Assembly: GCA_951406725.2 (NCBI GenBank)
Contig: OX597816.1
Span: 107,198,001 to 107,262,000 of the forward strand
Source: Octopus vulgaris
Taxonomy: Eukaryota
Direction of reading: 5' to 3'
Length of the DNA: 64,000 nucleotides
Shown: piece by piece, positions 51,130-62,913 of the stretch
How positions within the stretch are numbered: the first letter of the stretch is position 1
Layout: every line of letters begins with the position of its first letter
The notes under the pieces: generated by a model
Told to the model about the DNA's origin: nothing
What the model saw: only the letters and a program-made list of their open reading frames with translations
The model's database searches: none
Program-made: the position numbers and the translations under genes

Positions 51130-51830
51130 TGCTTTCTGTGTGGCACAAGCACAGGCAAGGTCAGTTTAGGCAAGGTTTTTACAGCTGGATGCCCTTCCAA
51201 ATGCCAACCACTTTACAATGTGGACTGGATGCTTTTTACTTGGCATCAGCACTGGCAGGGTCACCAAGTAACTTGCAAGACAAAGATCCTTTGAGATGGG
51301 AGGGGCATTGGAAAAGGTGAACTTGTGTCAGATGATGAGACAGAGACAGAGACTTATGAGACAGAGAGACAGAAACAGGTGTCTTGCTGTAGAAGACGTA
51401 CATGTTTACCCAGTCAGAGAGAGGGGAGAAAGAGGGAAGAGAGTAAATGGAGAGAGAGAGGGGAGAGAGAGAGAGGGGAGAGAGAGAGAGGAGAGAGAGA
51501 GATTAAGAATGAAGACAGAAATTGGTGTGTTGCTGTAAAGGAGATATATAGTTACCCAGGAGAAGGAGAGAGAGTGAGAGAAAGAGAGAAAGAGAGTAAG
51601 GGTGCAAGAGAACAGCGGAGAGTAGTGGGCATACTTAGAAGGGACAGGGATCAAAATATAAATGGGATGGTTGAGTAAAAGAAGAGAGAGAGAGAGGTGG
51701 TGACAAGTGCCAGGTCATACTCTTGAGGTATGGAGATAATAATGTAAGTGGGTGGACATTGCCAAAGAAATGTGAGTAGAGAGTGGGGGAGGGGAATGCA
51801 GTGAGTAGTGAAAACCTGGGTGTATAGAGG
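51130..51830 (-). mobile_element. Non-autonomous RTE-tailed repeat with GA-rich body
   Basis: Reverse complement of the 18130-18760 type. Confidence 0.55.
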
Positions 51831-51862
51831 GGATATTTGTGTGTGTGTGTGTGTGTGTGTGT

Positions 51863-52100
51863 GTGGAGGCATGTGGCTTAATGGTCTGGGTGTTGCACTC
51901 ATGATTGTAGGATTATGGTTTCAATTCCTGGACCAAGCAATGTGTTCTTGAGCAAAACACTTCATTTTATGTTGCTTCCATCAACTCAGCTGTTAAAAAT
52001 AAGTAATCCTGTGATGGACTGGTGGCCCCTCCAAGGATGGAGGGAATATATGTGCCACAGAATCTGGGAAATTGGCCTTATGAGCCTATGGGAAGGACCT
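51863..52100 (+). mobile_element. SINE family D
   Basis: Colinear with 13555-13800. Confidence 0.78.
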
Positions 52101-52114
52101 TTTATTTCATATAT

Positions 52115-52390
52115 ATGAGTGTGTAAGTGTCTGTGTGTATGTGATTATGTCCCCTTGTATTGACCTCACATGATAGTTGTAAATAAGTATCACTGTCACA
52201 TAAGCAGTATCATTCATTTCCAATATTTTGGAAGGATATGTCTGGCCAAGGGGAAATATTACTTTGCTTGGAAAACAGGTGAGAGTTGGCAGCAGGAAAG
52301 GCATCCAGCTGTTGAAAATCTGTTTCAGTTAACTCTATCTGACACATGCAAGCATAGAAAACTGGACATCAAGATGATGATGGTGACGAG
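52115..52390 (+). mobile_element. SINE body ending in an RTE-like tail
   Basis: GTTGGCAGCAGGAAAGGCATCCAGCTG..GGACATCAAGATGATGATG. Confidence 0.65.
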
Positions 52391-53293
52391 GATTTTTTAA
52401 CAATAGCTTTCATACTCAATTTCTTTGGAATCTTTCTACTTTAGAAAAAAAAACCGAAAAACGCCTCAAGCTTCCAATTTGTTTTTTTACCTTTTCAATT
52501 TTAAGCTAACTAATAATTCCTTGAAACTCATCAAAGGAGATATTAGTTAGCTTAAATGCTTAAGAATCTTTAGTAGTGTAATGAAGCATACTGCTAATTT
52601 CCTTAAATGTGAAGAGAGATTCAGAACTTATTAAGCATACCAGTCTGTTTTCACTTCAGCACAAAAATAATCACTTTATTTACATATCCTGCAATTTTCC
52701 TCATTTCTTTAAATAACTTCCTCTATTTTGTCTTTTAATAGAAACCATTAAGAGGGATGATTAATAATTAATATATATAAAAAAAAAAAAAATACTAATG
52801 GGCTTACACTTTGAACAAATACTATAAACTACACCCAATCTACTCTAGTAGTGCTGTTTTCATTCCCAGGTTACAAAGTATCTTATATTAGTGCTATATG
52901 TGTTGCCTACTATAGCTCTGGGCCAACCAAAGCCTTGTGAGTGTATTTGGTAGAGAGGAAAACTGAATGAAGCCTGTTGTGTGTGTGTGTGTGTGTGTAT
53001 TAGGGATATAACTGTTTTGCAACTCCATAGTCCTGTGTCATATTCTGATGAGCTATTGCTAGAAAACATTGAAAATCAATGTTTTTTTTTTGTATTTGGT
53101 CAAAAAATTCACCCATGACTAACTTTGAAATTTTTATACTTGGTTGCATCTGGGTGGATTTCCAAAAACTAGAACCCTGGTTGAATAATAAACAAAAGGG
53201 AAAAAGATCCAAAACATTAAATCCATAACTTTTAAAAGAGCTGTATTCTGCATTCCAGAACAATAAAAAGAAAGTAACTCATATAAAGTCAAA

Positions 53294-55429
53294 TTAGTCA
53301 ATAGTCAAGTTGTGGCAAGTCATTGGAGAGAATGAAATGCAATGGCAGGTTGGCTTTGTTCTTGCATGTAGCATGTAGTTCTTGCATGACCTTAATTGCT
53401 CACTCACAGCATTGATTACTTCTGCTGATGTCTTCTTTTGATGGCTCTTGTTTCCAGTGATTTTTTTAAAGCATTTCAAAACAGTCTTGTAGGGTAGTAA
53501 GGCTTGCAATAGCTCTGCATAATGTTCAGCTCTATAAGGACAGTCTCAAGGTCTCTCTCAAAGACTTCTCCATCGGCACAGAGACTTGGGAGACACTTGC
53601 TGCCGATCGCTCATCCTGGCGCAGCGCAATCACCACAGGAGCAGGGACAGCTGAGGAGGGACGGATTCGGTCAGCAGAGCAGAAATGCCAGATGCGGAAA
53701 GCCAGAGCCACCTGCACCAGTAGCACGGCCCCTACCCACTTCTGCCTCACCTGTGGGAGGGGCTTCCTTGCCCGGATTGGCCTCACCAGCCACCTCCGGT
53801 CTCATAGTGGCAGTTACACCAGATAATGTCAGTGGTCATCTTCGAACCCGAAGGACGAACATTATTATCATTATATTTGGTCACTGAACCAATAGTCCTC
53901 CCAGTCATGTGAGATGAACTGGCAGACCATCTGCAATTTTTCTCTTATATGTGGCATGAGGTTAAATGCAAGAAGGGCTAAGATTGCTCACAAATTCCAT
54001 CTGGCATTACTGATGTTTGGAATTTTCTGAAACTTGATGAAAGGTAGGTATCTGTTTTCATGGAAGAACCTGAAGGCACGGGTTAAGTGGAACAGAAACT
54101 TTATATCATCTCTCCAGCCAGCTTGGTCTTCAATGACATGAGTTCTATTCTGGAAGGAGCCTTGGAGTTCTTTATAACTTGTCATGAGTTCTTTGACAAA
54201 AAAATATTTGATGCTCGGTGAATTGCTTGCGCCTTCAAGCTCGTCATTCATAACAGCATGCAAGATTCTGTCCAAGACATGGTGTTGGCAGCTCACAAAT
54301 TGTGACTTGTCATAGCCTTTACTCAAGAACATTCTCTACAGTTTAATCACTATCCCACTCTTTTGTCCTGTATTCACACGCGTTGTATCAGCAATAATCA
54401 TTGAAATTGCACCCCACAAGTGAAATTTGTCCAAGATGCTTTTCACTCCTTCTGCAATGGTCTCAGCCTTGCCATCACACAGCTTCAGAGCAGCCAGCTT
54501 GATTTCACTTATTTCATTCTTAACGACAACTGCTTGATATTAATTTCTGTCAATATGTTTACCATCGAAATGCAGGCTCCATTCTTGATTGTGTAGTGTA
54601 TCGATCAATTGTTTCTTCATTTCACCAGCTTTCTTATAGAGTGCCTTGTAAATGCCTTGCTGACCAGGAGCAGGGATATCAGTGCTCTCCGCTTACAACT
54701 GTTTGCAGCTTTGTATAGATGTTTGTTCCAGTTACAAGTCTCATACCAATTGCAGATTTGTTGTGCTCTCTTGTGGAGGAATAAGTGCCATCACTATCAC
54801 TATTATTTTGATCAACTCTGTCATCTTCACCATAGTTGTACTTTTCAATCTCTTCTACTTGAGAGTCACTGTCAGTATCCAGGTTAGTTGGGTTTGATAA
54901 AAAATGGGAGGCTTCAGCATCAGAGCATCTTCTCTTGGAAGGATGGACAATATGTTTGTTTGCAGCTTTGCCTGTTGAATAGCCCACTTTGACCTTACTT
55001 TGGAGATAGATGGAATACAGCTCTTTGTCATCAGCATTGAACCATTCATTGTGGACTTTGGTGATAGTGAACAGTTCTTCCAATGGTTCAAATTTTCTTG
55101 GTGCAATTGTCATACAAATGAAGCACAATCTCGAGCTTGGACTGTATTGCATGCTCAGAAATCATTGGAAAATTCAGTTTATCTCTCCACAGTAGTGTCA
55201 CCTCTCTTGATAATTCTGCCACTTTCTCATTTCTGCCTTTAACTGATTTCCCAAGAAACTGGTATTGACCAACAATCTGCTCCTTGAGTGGCATTTGGCT
55301 TTTGCTGGCCAGCGAGACTTCTTCTATAGGCACATGACCTCTAGATGAATGGGACTGGAACTGCACCAAATTTCTCCTCCATTTCTCCTTGTTCTTCTGA
55401 AGAACTTTGAAGCTTTTCTTGAATGACAT
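53294..55429 (-). pseudogene. DDE transposase pseudogene (hAT/hATm-like) with stops, frameshifts and an RTE insertion
   Basis: Minus-strand motifs occur in order: WSLHFDGK (D1), IIADTTRVNTGQKSG (D2), CQHHVLDRIL (CxxH), ISNARWN, and SNQCCE*AIKVMQE (E). Confidence 0.8.
53531..53868 (+). mobile_element. 5'-truncated young RTE-clade LINE (C-terminus with C2H2 finger plus short 3' UTR), inserted in the transposase
   Basis: Open frame 53533-53826: YKDSLKVSLKDFSIGTETWETLAADRSSWRSAI...CLTCGRGFLARIGLTSHLRSH. It is GC-rich and ends in GGTCATCTTCGAACCCGAAGGACGAAC plus an (ATT) tail. Confidence 0.88.
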
Positions 55430-56039
55430 ACTGTTAGCAGTAATGCAGAACTCACACTAAAACTGAAACAATAAAACTGAAAGTGAAAGAAGAACTTGGT
55501 TATTTGCTTTATGACTAAGCACACTGACTCAGCAATACAATCTAATCACCACTGAAGTCTTATAAATGCTAAGAGTTTATTGAAAGCCAACTGTTAATAA
55601 TTATTGCAGCAGTTGCAAGGTTGCAAGGTATTTACAGTTACATGTGTTAACCCTTAAATTAACATTTAATACATGTGCTTAATCTATATATATAAAATTC
55701 TTTGTCTCTCTGTTTGTCTATTCTCAATGCATTCTCAAACTTTTTATATAGATAATCTTCCTATAGTCAAATATAGTGCAGAACATTTTATACTTTGATG
55801 ATGATGGCAACATCACATTTTGTGTGTGAGTGTGTATGTGTCTGTCAGTGTATGATCGTGCATTTGTCTGTCACTGTGTGTGTTTCTGTATTCAACGACA
55901 ATGTCACATTTTGTTTATGTATGTCTATGTGTGTGTGTATGTGTGTGAGTGTTTGTGTGTTTCCGTGTTTGGTACGTTATTCAACACACATCTGGTTCAT
56001 GTCTGGGGATTTCCTTTTGTGAAACTTTCTAAGAGCATG

Positions 56040-57250
56040 TCTTAGCCCTTCTGTTCTTATTACCTACCGTTCCTTTTCTTCATCTTCATTCTTTCATTCT
56101 CATATTGTATCCAGTCAACGTCAGCATTCAACTTCTACATTGCTCCATATCTTTTGTGATCCTTTCTCTATTATTCTCCTCAAATTCTTTGTCATATCTA
56201 TTTTGGTGTTTTTGAAATAAATCTTCATTTTCCTCTTTTTCCATATTAATTTTCTCTGCTGTTCTTTGTTAAGTTTCCTTGTTGTTCAGATTTACTGCTT
56301 TTACAATAGGTTCTATGTTTCTGTTACCTATTTCATCTCCCTGATTGCTGTTTTCATTTGGTCCACTTTGGAATATTTGCATTCTAATTTTGTCAATTTC
56401 AGCATCATTTAGTCTTTTTGTTTTTAATGATATCGCTATCATCATCATCATCATCGTTTAATGTCTGTTTTCCATGCTAGCATGGGTTGGATGGTTCAAC
56501 CGGGCTCTGAGAAGCCAAGATGCTGCAACAGGCTCCAGTCTGATCTGGCAGTGTTTCTACACCTGGATGCCCTTCCTAATGCCAACCACTCCGTGTGTGT
56601 AGTGGGTGCTTTTTATGTGCCACCGTCACGGAAGCCAGTCAAGCCGGCACTAGTATCAGCCATGTTCGAATGGAGATGTTTACATGCCACTGGCATTGGT
56701 ATCACAACTACAGTTTCCATTTGATTTTTATTTTGATGTTGATGTACTTGACTCAATAGATCTCAAATTTCTTTGCCTACTAAGTTTCTCAATGAAGTGT
56801 ATGTTTCACAATGAAATTATTATCTGAGTTTAACAAGGCTGTGTAAAAATCTTTCAAAACATCTGTATAGTCCTCTCTAGTTCATTTTTATGCATTTTGC
56901 TTCAAGTGGTGTTTTGGTGGTGTCACTATAGCTCTGAGGTTTAGATTATCCTGGTTCTGGTTATCTAGTCAATTATCTTTTTGAGAGTTTGTTCCAACAA
57001 AGACCGATCTAGCATGAGATTTGATTTGTTTCTATAAGAACATTGATGTTGACTTTAGGAGACAGGTCTATCTATTTAGAGTTAACTTTTTGACAGATCT
57101 CTGCTTCTGACTTCTTTAAATAGATATGTTTTTCATATTGTAATTGTATAAGGTTTCTCCCTATTTTTTTTCCTTCGCCAGATATATCTCCAGGTTTAGT
57201 GGTGTTTTAAACTCTGTGATTATTTGTTCCATTTGTGTTTGTTTGTAGAA
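56040..57250 (-). mobile_element. Decayed R4/Dong-like N-terminal region, split by an RTE tail insertion
   Basis: Minus-strand pieces TREDYTDVLKDFYTAL and KRLNDAEIDKIR. Confidence 0.55.
56437..56765 (-). mobile_element. RTE 3'-UTR-only copy, inserted into a Dong-like fragment
   Basis: Same tail and motif. Confidence 0.8.
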
Positions 57251-57696
57251 AATTGTTTTTCTTTTGTCTTGTTGTGCTCCACTTTTAACATGTTTACATG
57301 TGTGTATGTGCATGCGTGTGTGTGTGTGGTGTAAATATTACATAGTTTATAAATATTAAAATGTGTTCATGTCTGTATAAACGATTGGATGTATACATGA
57401 TTAATTAATTAATTAATTAATTTAGGTACTTACTGTATATTTAGTAGATATGTTTACCAGACTTAATTACGTTGCATTTGATTTTTTTTACACATGTCAC
57501 ACTGAGATATCATGCATGGAAGAAACCATAATTCATACAACAAAAATCTTTTGTTTCTTTTACTTTTAAAGAAGTTTTGCTTTTAAAGAACTTTTCCCTC
57601 AAATATATTGCAATGTTTTTCCATTTTGCTGATTTTGGGAGGAAGTTTCATGTTATTTTGTTGTTGTTGTTGTTATCATCATCATCATTATTATTA

Positions 57697-57907
57697 GGAT
57701 GTTGAACTGGTGGAACTTTTAGAGCATTGGGGAAAAAATACTTCATAATATTTCTCCTGAGTCATTCCACTCTGAGGTCAACTTAGCTTTTCATCATTTC
57801 AGGATTGATAAAATAAGTACCAGTTAAACAATGAGGTCAATGTAATCAACTACTTCCCTGGCTACAAATTTCAGACTTAATGCCTTTAGTAGATAGCATT
57901 ATTATTG

Positions 57908-57952
<45 letters not shown>

Positions 57953-58160
57953 GGATGTTGAACTGGTGGAACTGTTAGAGCATCGGAAAAATACTTTATA
58001 GTATTTCTCCTGAGTCAATCCACACCGAGTTCAAATTCCACTGAGGTCAACTTTGTCTTTCATCATTCAGAGTTGATAAAATAAGTACCAGTTGACAACT
58101 GGTGTTGATGTAATCAACTTTATACTCTTCCCCAAAATTGTTGCCTTTGCGCCAAAAGTT
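57697..58160 (+). mobile_element. Head-to-tail pair of SINE family C copies separated by (TTA)n
   Basis: AGGATGTTGAACTGGTGGAAC starts at ~57697 and ~57952. Confidence 0.78.
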
Positions 58161-58979
58161 CAAACCACCACCACCACCACCACCACCACCATCTTTGCTG
58201 TGAATGCATTGTGCATTCATTATCAATGTATTGCTTAACAATTGAGAATGGATGCAAACAAATTTGAATTTGCAGAAGAAAAAAAATTATCTGGAATTTC
58301 ATTCATAATCATGGTTCACTAATATTCATAGGGGAAAAATATAAAAAAATAAATTAATTAGCAATTATTTAAATAATCAATAATAAAAAAAAAAAACATG
58401 AATAATTGATTACTGAAAAGAAGATTGCTCCCCTCCCCATCTCCCCATCTCCTCATCGCTTCTAAATGAACTCAAATGAGAAGGATCAAGAAAATGAAAA
58501 TACATTTGACAATGACTGAAAATTAAATGAGGAAAGCTGCCTCTCCACATATTTTTGTTATATGTATAATCAAATTTCTAATGTAGGTTAATAAAAATGT
58601 TTAACAGTTCATATATGAGAGCTTCATCATATTGTTCTAATTTTCCAGGCAAACATAATTAGATTGCTTTCAGGTGAAACAATTTCATTGGCTAATTGGT
58701 ATATTAGCTAGTCTCAATGAAAATAAACAAATATCATGTGTGTGTGTGTGTATTATAAGTACATACATATATGTATGTGTGTATGTATGTATGTATGTAT
58801 GTATGTGTATGTATATGTTTGTATGTGTGTGTATATATACATATGAATGTTTGAAGATGTTAATATATCTCTTTCTTAGTTCATTTCATTTCATGCTTGC
58901 CTGGACGACCAGGCATTGTGTAAAGCCATGAGTAACAACAGAGGGAATCATTAAGTGTTGCTCAATTACACACAGATAC

Positions 58980-58993
58980 ATCCACACACACGT

Positions 58994-59083
<90 letters not shown>

Positions 59084-59410
59084 TCACTCACTCACTCATT
59101 CACTCTTTCTCTCTCTCTTGTGCACATGAATAAGCACAAATATTAATAGAAATATCCATCTGTCTGTCTATGTATACATTGACACACACATGAATACATA
59201 TACATAAATATATTTACATACACCTCCAACGTCATTGTCTTCCTCATCATTATCATCATCATCGTTGTCATCATCATCATTATTGTCATCATCATCATCA
59301 TCATCATCAACAACATCATCATTGTCATTGTTGTTGTCATTGTTGTCATCATTGTCATCGTCATCAATATCATTGTCGTCATTGTCATCATCATCATCAT
59401 CAACATCATT
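58980..59410. repeat. (CA)n and (CAT)n microsatellites
   Basis: Directly visible. Confidence 0.95.
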
Positions 59411-60413
59411 GCCATCTAGCTACTTTCCATGCTTGCATGGGCTGAACAGACAAGGTTCCCTTGAATTGGAGGCCTATTCTTACTCCAGTGTCTCAGTTTC
59501 CACTTGGTTTCTAAGACTGGATGCATTCCCTAACACCAACCACTTTACAGAATGTACTGGGTGCATTTTTACATTGCACCAACTCTAGTGAAGTTACCTT
59601 GTACCTCACCAAACTGAAGAGCCTCCTTGGTTGAAGGGAGAGTAGAACAGGATGTAACTTTGTGTGAGGTGTTGAGAGGTATGATGAGTAGAGTGAGGAA
59701 CTTCCAATGTATAGTTTGTTGTTTCTTATATACAGGAACATTTGGCACCTGTCTTTGAATCACTGGTGTGGCATCTGCCACTGAAGAGGTGAAATCACAC
59801 AGAAACTTTGTGCCTTGTAGACAGCTGATGTCACTTAGTGTTGGGCTTAGTGTATTCTTACATGCAAAGTCATGTTGTTGAAGTTTCTTAATTCTTATGA
59901 CATCAAATGTACACATCTCTATTTTCATACTTGCTACTACATGTGCATATACCAAATTCATTCAAGTTTGGCAAACATCAGCACATACTGGCAAATATCT
60001 TGTTTGCTGTTACCTAAATATAGAAACAAATGTTTGGGCTTATCATAAAAGTAACAGAAGCAATATCTGCCATAGAATAGATCATCTCACACAGAAACGT
60101 CATATCTAGTAGTCTGATGGTATCATTTAGAACTTAGTGTGTTTTTTTTTTATCATAGATATTGAAGAGAGAAATTTCTCATTGGAAAAAATCCTGCTAT
60201 GAATACATTTTACATTTTAGTATGCAGGAGTATTTTAAGCATCCAATCCACATCGTAAGGTCACTGATGTTAGGAAGGGAATCAAGCCATAGGTAACACA
60301 CCAAGACTTTCACTGGAGCTCAGCACAACCTTGTGGATCTCTGGATCCTCTGAAACTACGCAATCCATACCAGCACAGGGAACAAATGTTGATATTCATA
60401 TATATATATATAT

Positions 60414-60705
60414 ATTACAGGAAAGGGAAAACAAAACCAAGGCAGGCTGAGTATCTCAGGTCATTTAGGATATTTAATTAGAGTAAATAATTAAATACTC
60501 TAAATGACTTGAGATATTCATCCTTCCTTGGTTTTCTTTTCCTTTTCCTTTAATTTATACCTGCTGACTCAGAAGCCTACTATGGATCCCTTGCTCCAGC
60601 CTCAGCTGCAATCTTGGAACCTGACGTTGACCAGTTATAGCACTTATGCAGCGTACCTATTGGTTTAGATCATCAGTGAACTAAAGCCCTCATATTCTTT
60701 ATATA
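60414..60705. mobile_element. Fold-back element between (TA)n tracts, probably a PLE remnant
   Basis: ~67-bp imperfect arms at 60414-60480 and 60488-60554. Confidence 0.55.
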
Positions 60706-61080
60706 TATAGGTATAGGTTTAAATTCATACACATTTAAAGGCATGTAGCTAAACATTTCATTCACCCAGGACGTTATATTTTTTTTGAAAAATAAACACT
60801 TTCTTCTTTTCATTGAAGTGTCAATAGTTACTTATACTGCCTTAATTGATATTCATTTATACACAACCTTATAGAAAAAATATGAAGTATTACATAATAG
60901 AATAAAGTACTGTGAGACACACACAAACACACACATTATGCTTTAATGAATTTTCACTGCATTCTCTTTGTTTTGTACATGTGTATGTTTGCATGAAAAT
61001 GTGTGTGTATGTTTATTTGTATATCTACACATGTATATATATATTTATATATATATATATATATATATATACATACATAT

Positions 61081-61468
61081 ATATCTGTAAGTATAATATG
61101 TGACAATTATTTGGTAGCCATGATAAAACTCCGAGTTTCGGATGTCAGGGTGAAAAAAATGCTATCTTTTTCAAATTGCGTGAATCTCACTTTATTCTTA
61201 TTTTTAATGGCTTTAAACCAGTCAACGACTTCTATACTATTGGACCATTGTACTAACCTAGTAGCATTCCTGACTTTTGCAGGCATTTTTTTCGATGGTC
61301 CGATAACTGAAGAGATGCCGGCATGGGTTTCTGCCCCGACATCCGAAACTCGAAGTTTTATCATGGCTACCGAATAATTGTCACATATTATATTTACAGA
61401 TAAATTCCTCTATTTACATAATATCGAGATCTCTTTCAGTCTTTTGTTGTCTTGCCATTTCTATCAAT
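61081..61468. mobile_element. Penelope-like element remnant: inverted pLTR ends bracketing an RT fragment
   Basis: ~70-bp inverted repeat (61081-61150 vs ~61333-61402). The minus-strand piece KVRNATRLVQWSNSIEVVDWFKAIKNKNKVRFTQFE matches PLE RT just before the FDI..FYPSI motif. (TA)n lies on both sides. Confidence 0.82.
61302..61362 (+). ncRNA. Type I hammerhead ribozyme (PLE-associated)
   Basis: Stem I GATAA/TTATC; core CTGAAGA; stem II GATG-C-CGG..CCG-A-CATC plus one extra C; GAAA; stem III ACT-CGA-AGT; GUU triplet, with predicted cleavage after 61357. Confidence 0.75.
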
Positions 61469-61489
61469 ATATATATATATTTGTGTGTG

Positions 61490-62740
61490 AGTTAGAGGTT
61501 GAAATACCAACTAAGGGATAGTACCTATCCAATATACTGCTGGTAGTGTACCCAGTTATTCATAGCCAAGTGTTAGTTATTGCATGGCAATCTCGCAATT
61601 GAGTATTATATATGGGCAGAAATAATCAAGTGGTTTACCCTTGATTTATATGGCACAATAAGAAAACGGAGAGGATATAAAACTGACAGACATCAGCCGG
61701 TAAACATTCCAGTATGTCTATTTATTCAAATGTATTGGATGAATACACACATGTATGAATGGTAGAGATTAGCAAGTGGAAAAAACAACTGCATAAGCAA
61801 GGGTGTGAATACATATAAGCATACAGAAACAAATGAGCTATTGAGCAAATGAGCTAATTGGCAAAAAAAACTAAATTGGTCTGCAGGTACTAGTTCCTTA
61901 TGGGCGTTTCTGCCAGGAGGCAACAAAATCTTTCAGATTATCTCCATCTCTTCAGTGTCATGCAGGGATGAGCAGACAAGGCTTGGATAGTGGATGTGCC
62001 CCTAGGCTTCTTCAGAGGGTCTAAGTGGTTGGGGAGGCTAACACATATAAAAGTCAGTTAAGAATAGTTATGGTGTGTTTTATCCTTTTAAATAGAGTTA
62101 GAATAAGAATAAGAGCAAACACGGGAATACAAATGAAGTACAGCATAGTACAATGATGTGGACATAGCAAGGGGAAATAAGGTACAGACTTTCCATGATA
62201 TAGTATAAGACCCATGTTATTTCATCCAGTGGTGGGTCGGTGAATATAGCCATTCTCAGGAGGAATTTTTTCAGGAGGGATAATTTTAGGCAGTAGCTCA
62301 AATTGTATTTCCATAGAACATTAGTGGTGGGTTTGATGTTATGGTCTGTGTACAGGGGTGAAAGTTTATATGTAAAGTGCCAGTTAGTAGGTGTAGCGTT
62401 GCTGAGGGTATGGTATAAGCAACTTATAATGAACCCATCTTATGAGATTTGGTACATTATAATATGTTTATGGTATATGTTTAAACAGTGAGTATTATAG
62501 TAAGATATGAGCTGGATTGGGAATTTTTAGGCTGATGAAAGACAAAAGAAGAATTCATAAACAGGGACAAAAATGGACCAGAATGGACAAGGGTTAATGG
62601 TTTACATGGCTGTTGGATATCTAGGTGTTGTACTTACCTGTAGTTATTCAATGCTAAAATGTATACTAGTAAGATATAGAATATTAAATATTAAATATTC
62701 AAGGGGTGGCAATGTGTTAGTGTTAATTATGTGTTTTTTT
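61490..62740 (-). mobile_element. Decayed Penelope-like element (pLTR plus ORF remnant)
   Basis: Hammerhead-like fold at 61922-61959. The minus-strand piece LYTDHNIKPTT loosely resembles the PLE thumb motif L.TD.Y.KPT. It starts next to (TA)n. Confidence 0.5.
61922..61959 (-). ncRNA. Minimal hammerhead-like motif
   Basis: Minus strand: GACA CTGAAGA GAT-ggagata-ATC t GAAA GATT T TGTT. Confidence 0.45.
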
Positions 62741-62794
62741 TTTTTTAAATGGATGTTAAATGAAAGTGTTGACATGACTATATATACATCGGGT

Positions 62795-62913
62795 GAAAGA
62801 GTACTGCAGGTTTCACCACCACCCGCTGCTGGAGCCTCATGGAGCTTTAGGTCTTTCGCTCAATAAACACTCACATTGCTCAGTCTGGGAATCAAAACCA
62901 CGATCATATGACT
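62795..62913 (-). mobile_element. tRNA-derived SINE head related to family D
   Basis: Minus strand: TGGCCCAGAGGTTAGGGCAGCAGACTC..GTTTTGATTCCCAGAC. Confidence 0.7.

Larger units (their letters stand above)
53001..55656 (-). mobile_element. Decayed hAT-superfamily (hATm-like) DNA transposon
   Basis: Contains transposase remnants (next feature). The terminus TAGGGATATAACTGTTTTGCAACT at 53001 has only a degraded counterpart (AGTTGCAA..ACAGTTA..CCCTTA) near 55610-55656. No TSD is visible. Confidence 0.7.

Noticed and set aside
53041-53077. CTGATGA..GAAA hammerhead-like string
   Set aside because: Stem II does not close correctly next to the core, and it lies in the DNA transposon end.
53522-53887. 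121-aa ORF from the track
   Set aside because: Wrong frame; the RTE protein is in the frame 53533-53826.
59777-59816. CTGAAGA..GAAA string and the 130-aa minus ORF 59569-59961
   Set aside because: Stem I/III pairing is inadequate; the ORF has no recognisable motif and runs into a repeat.
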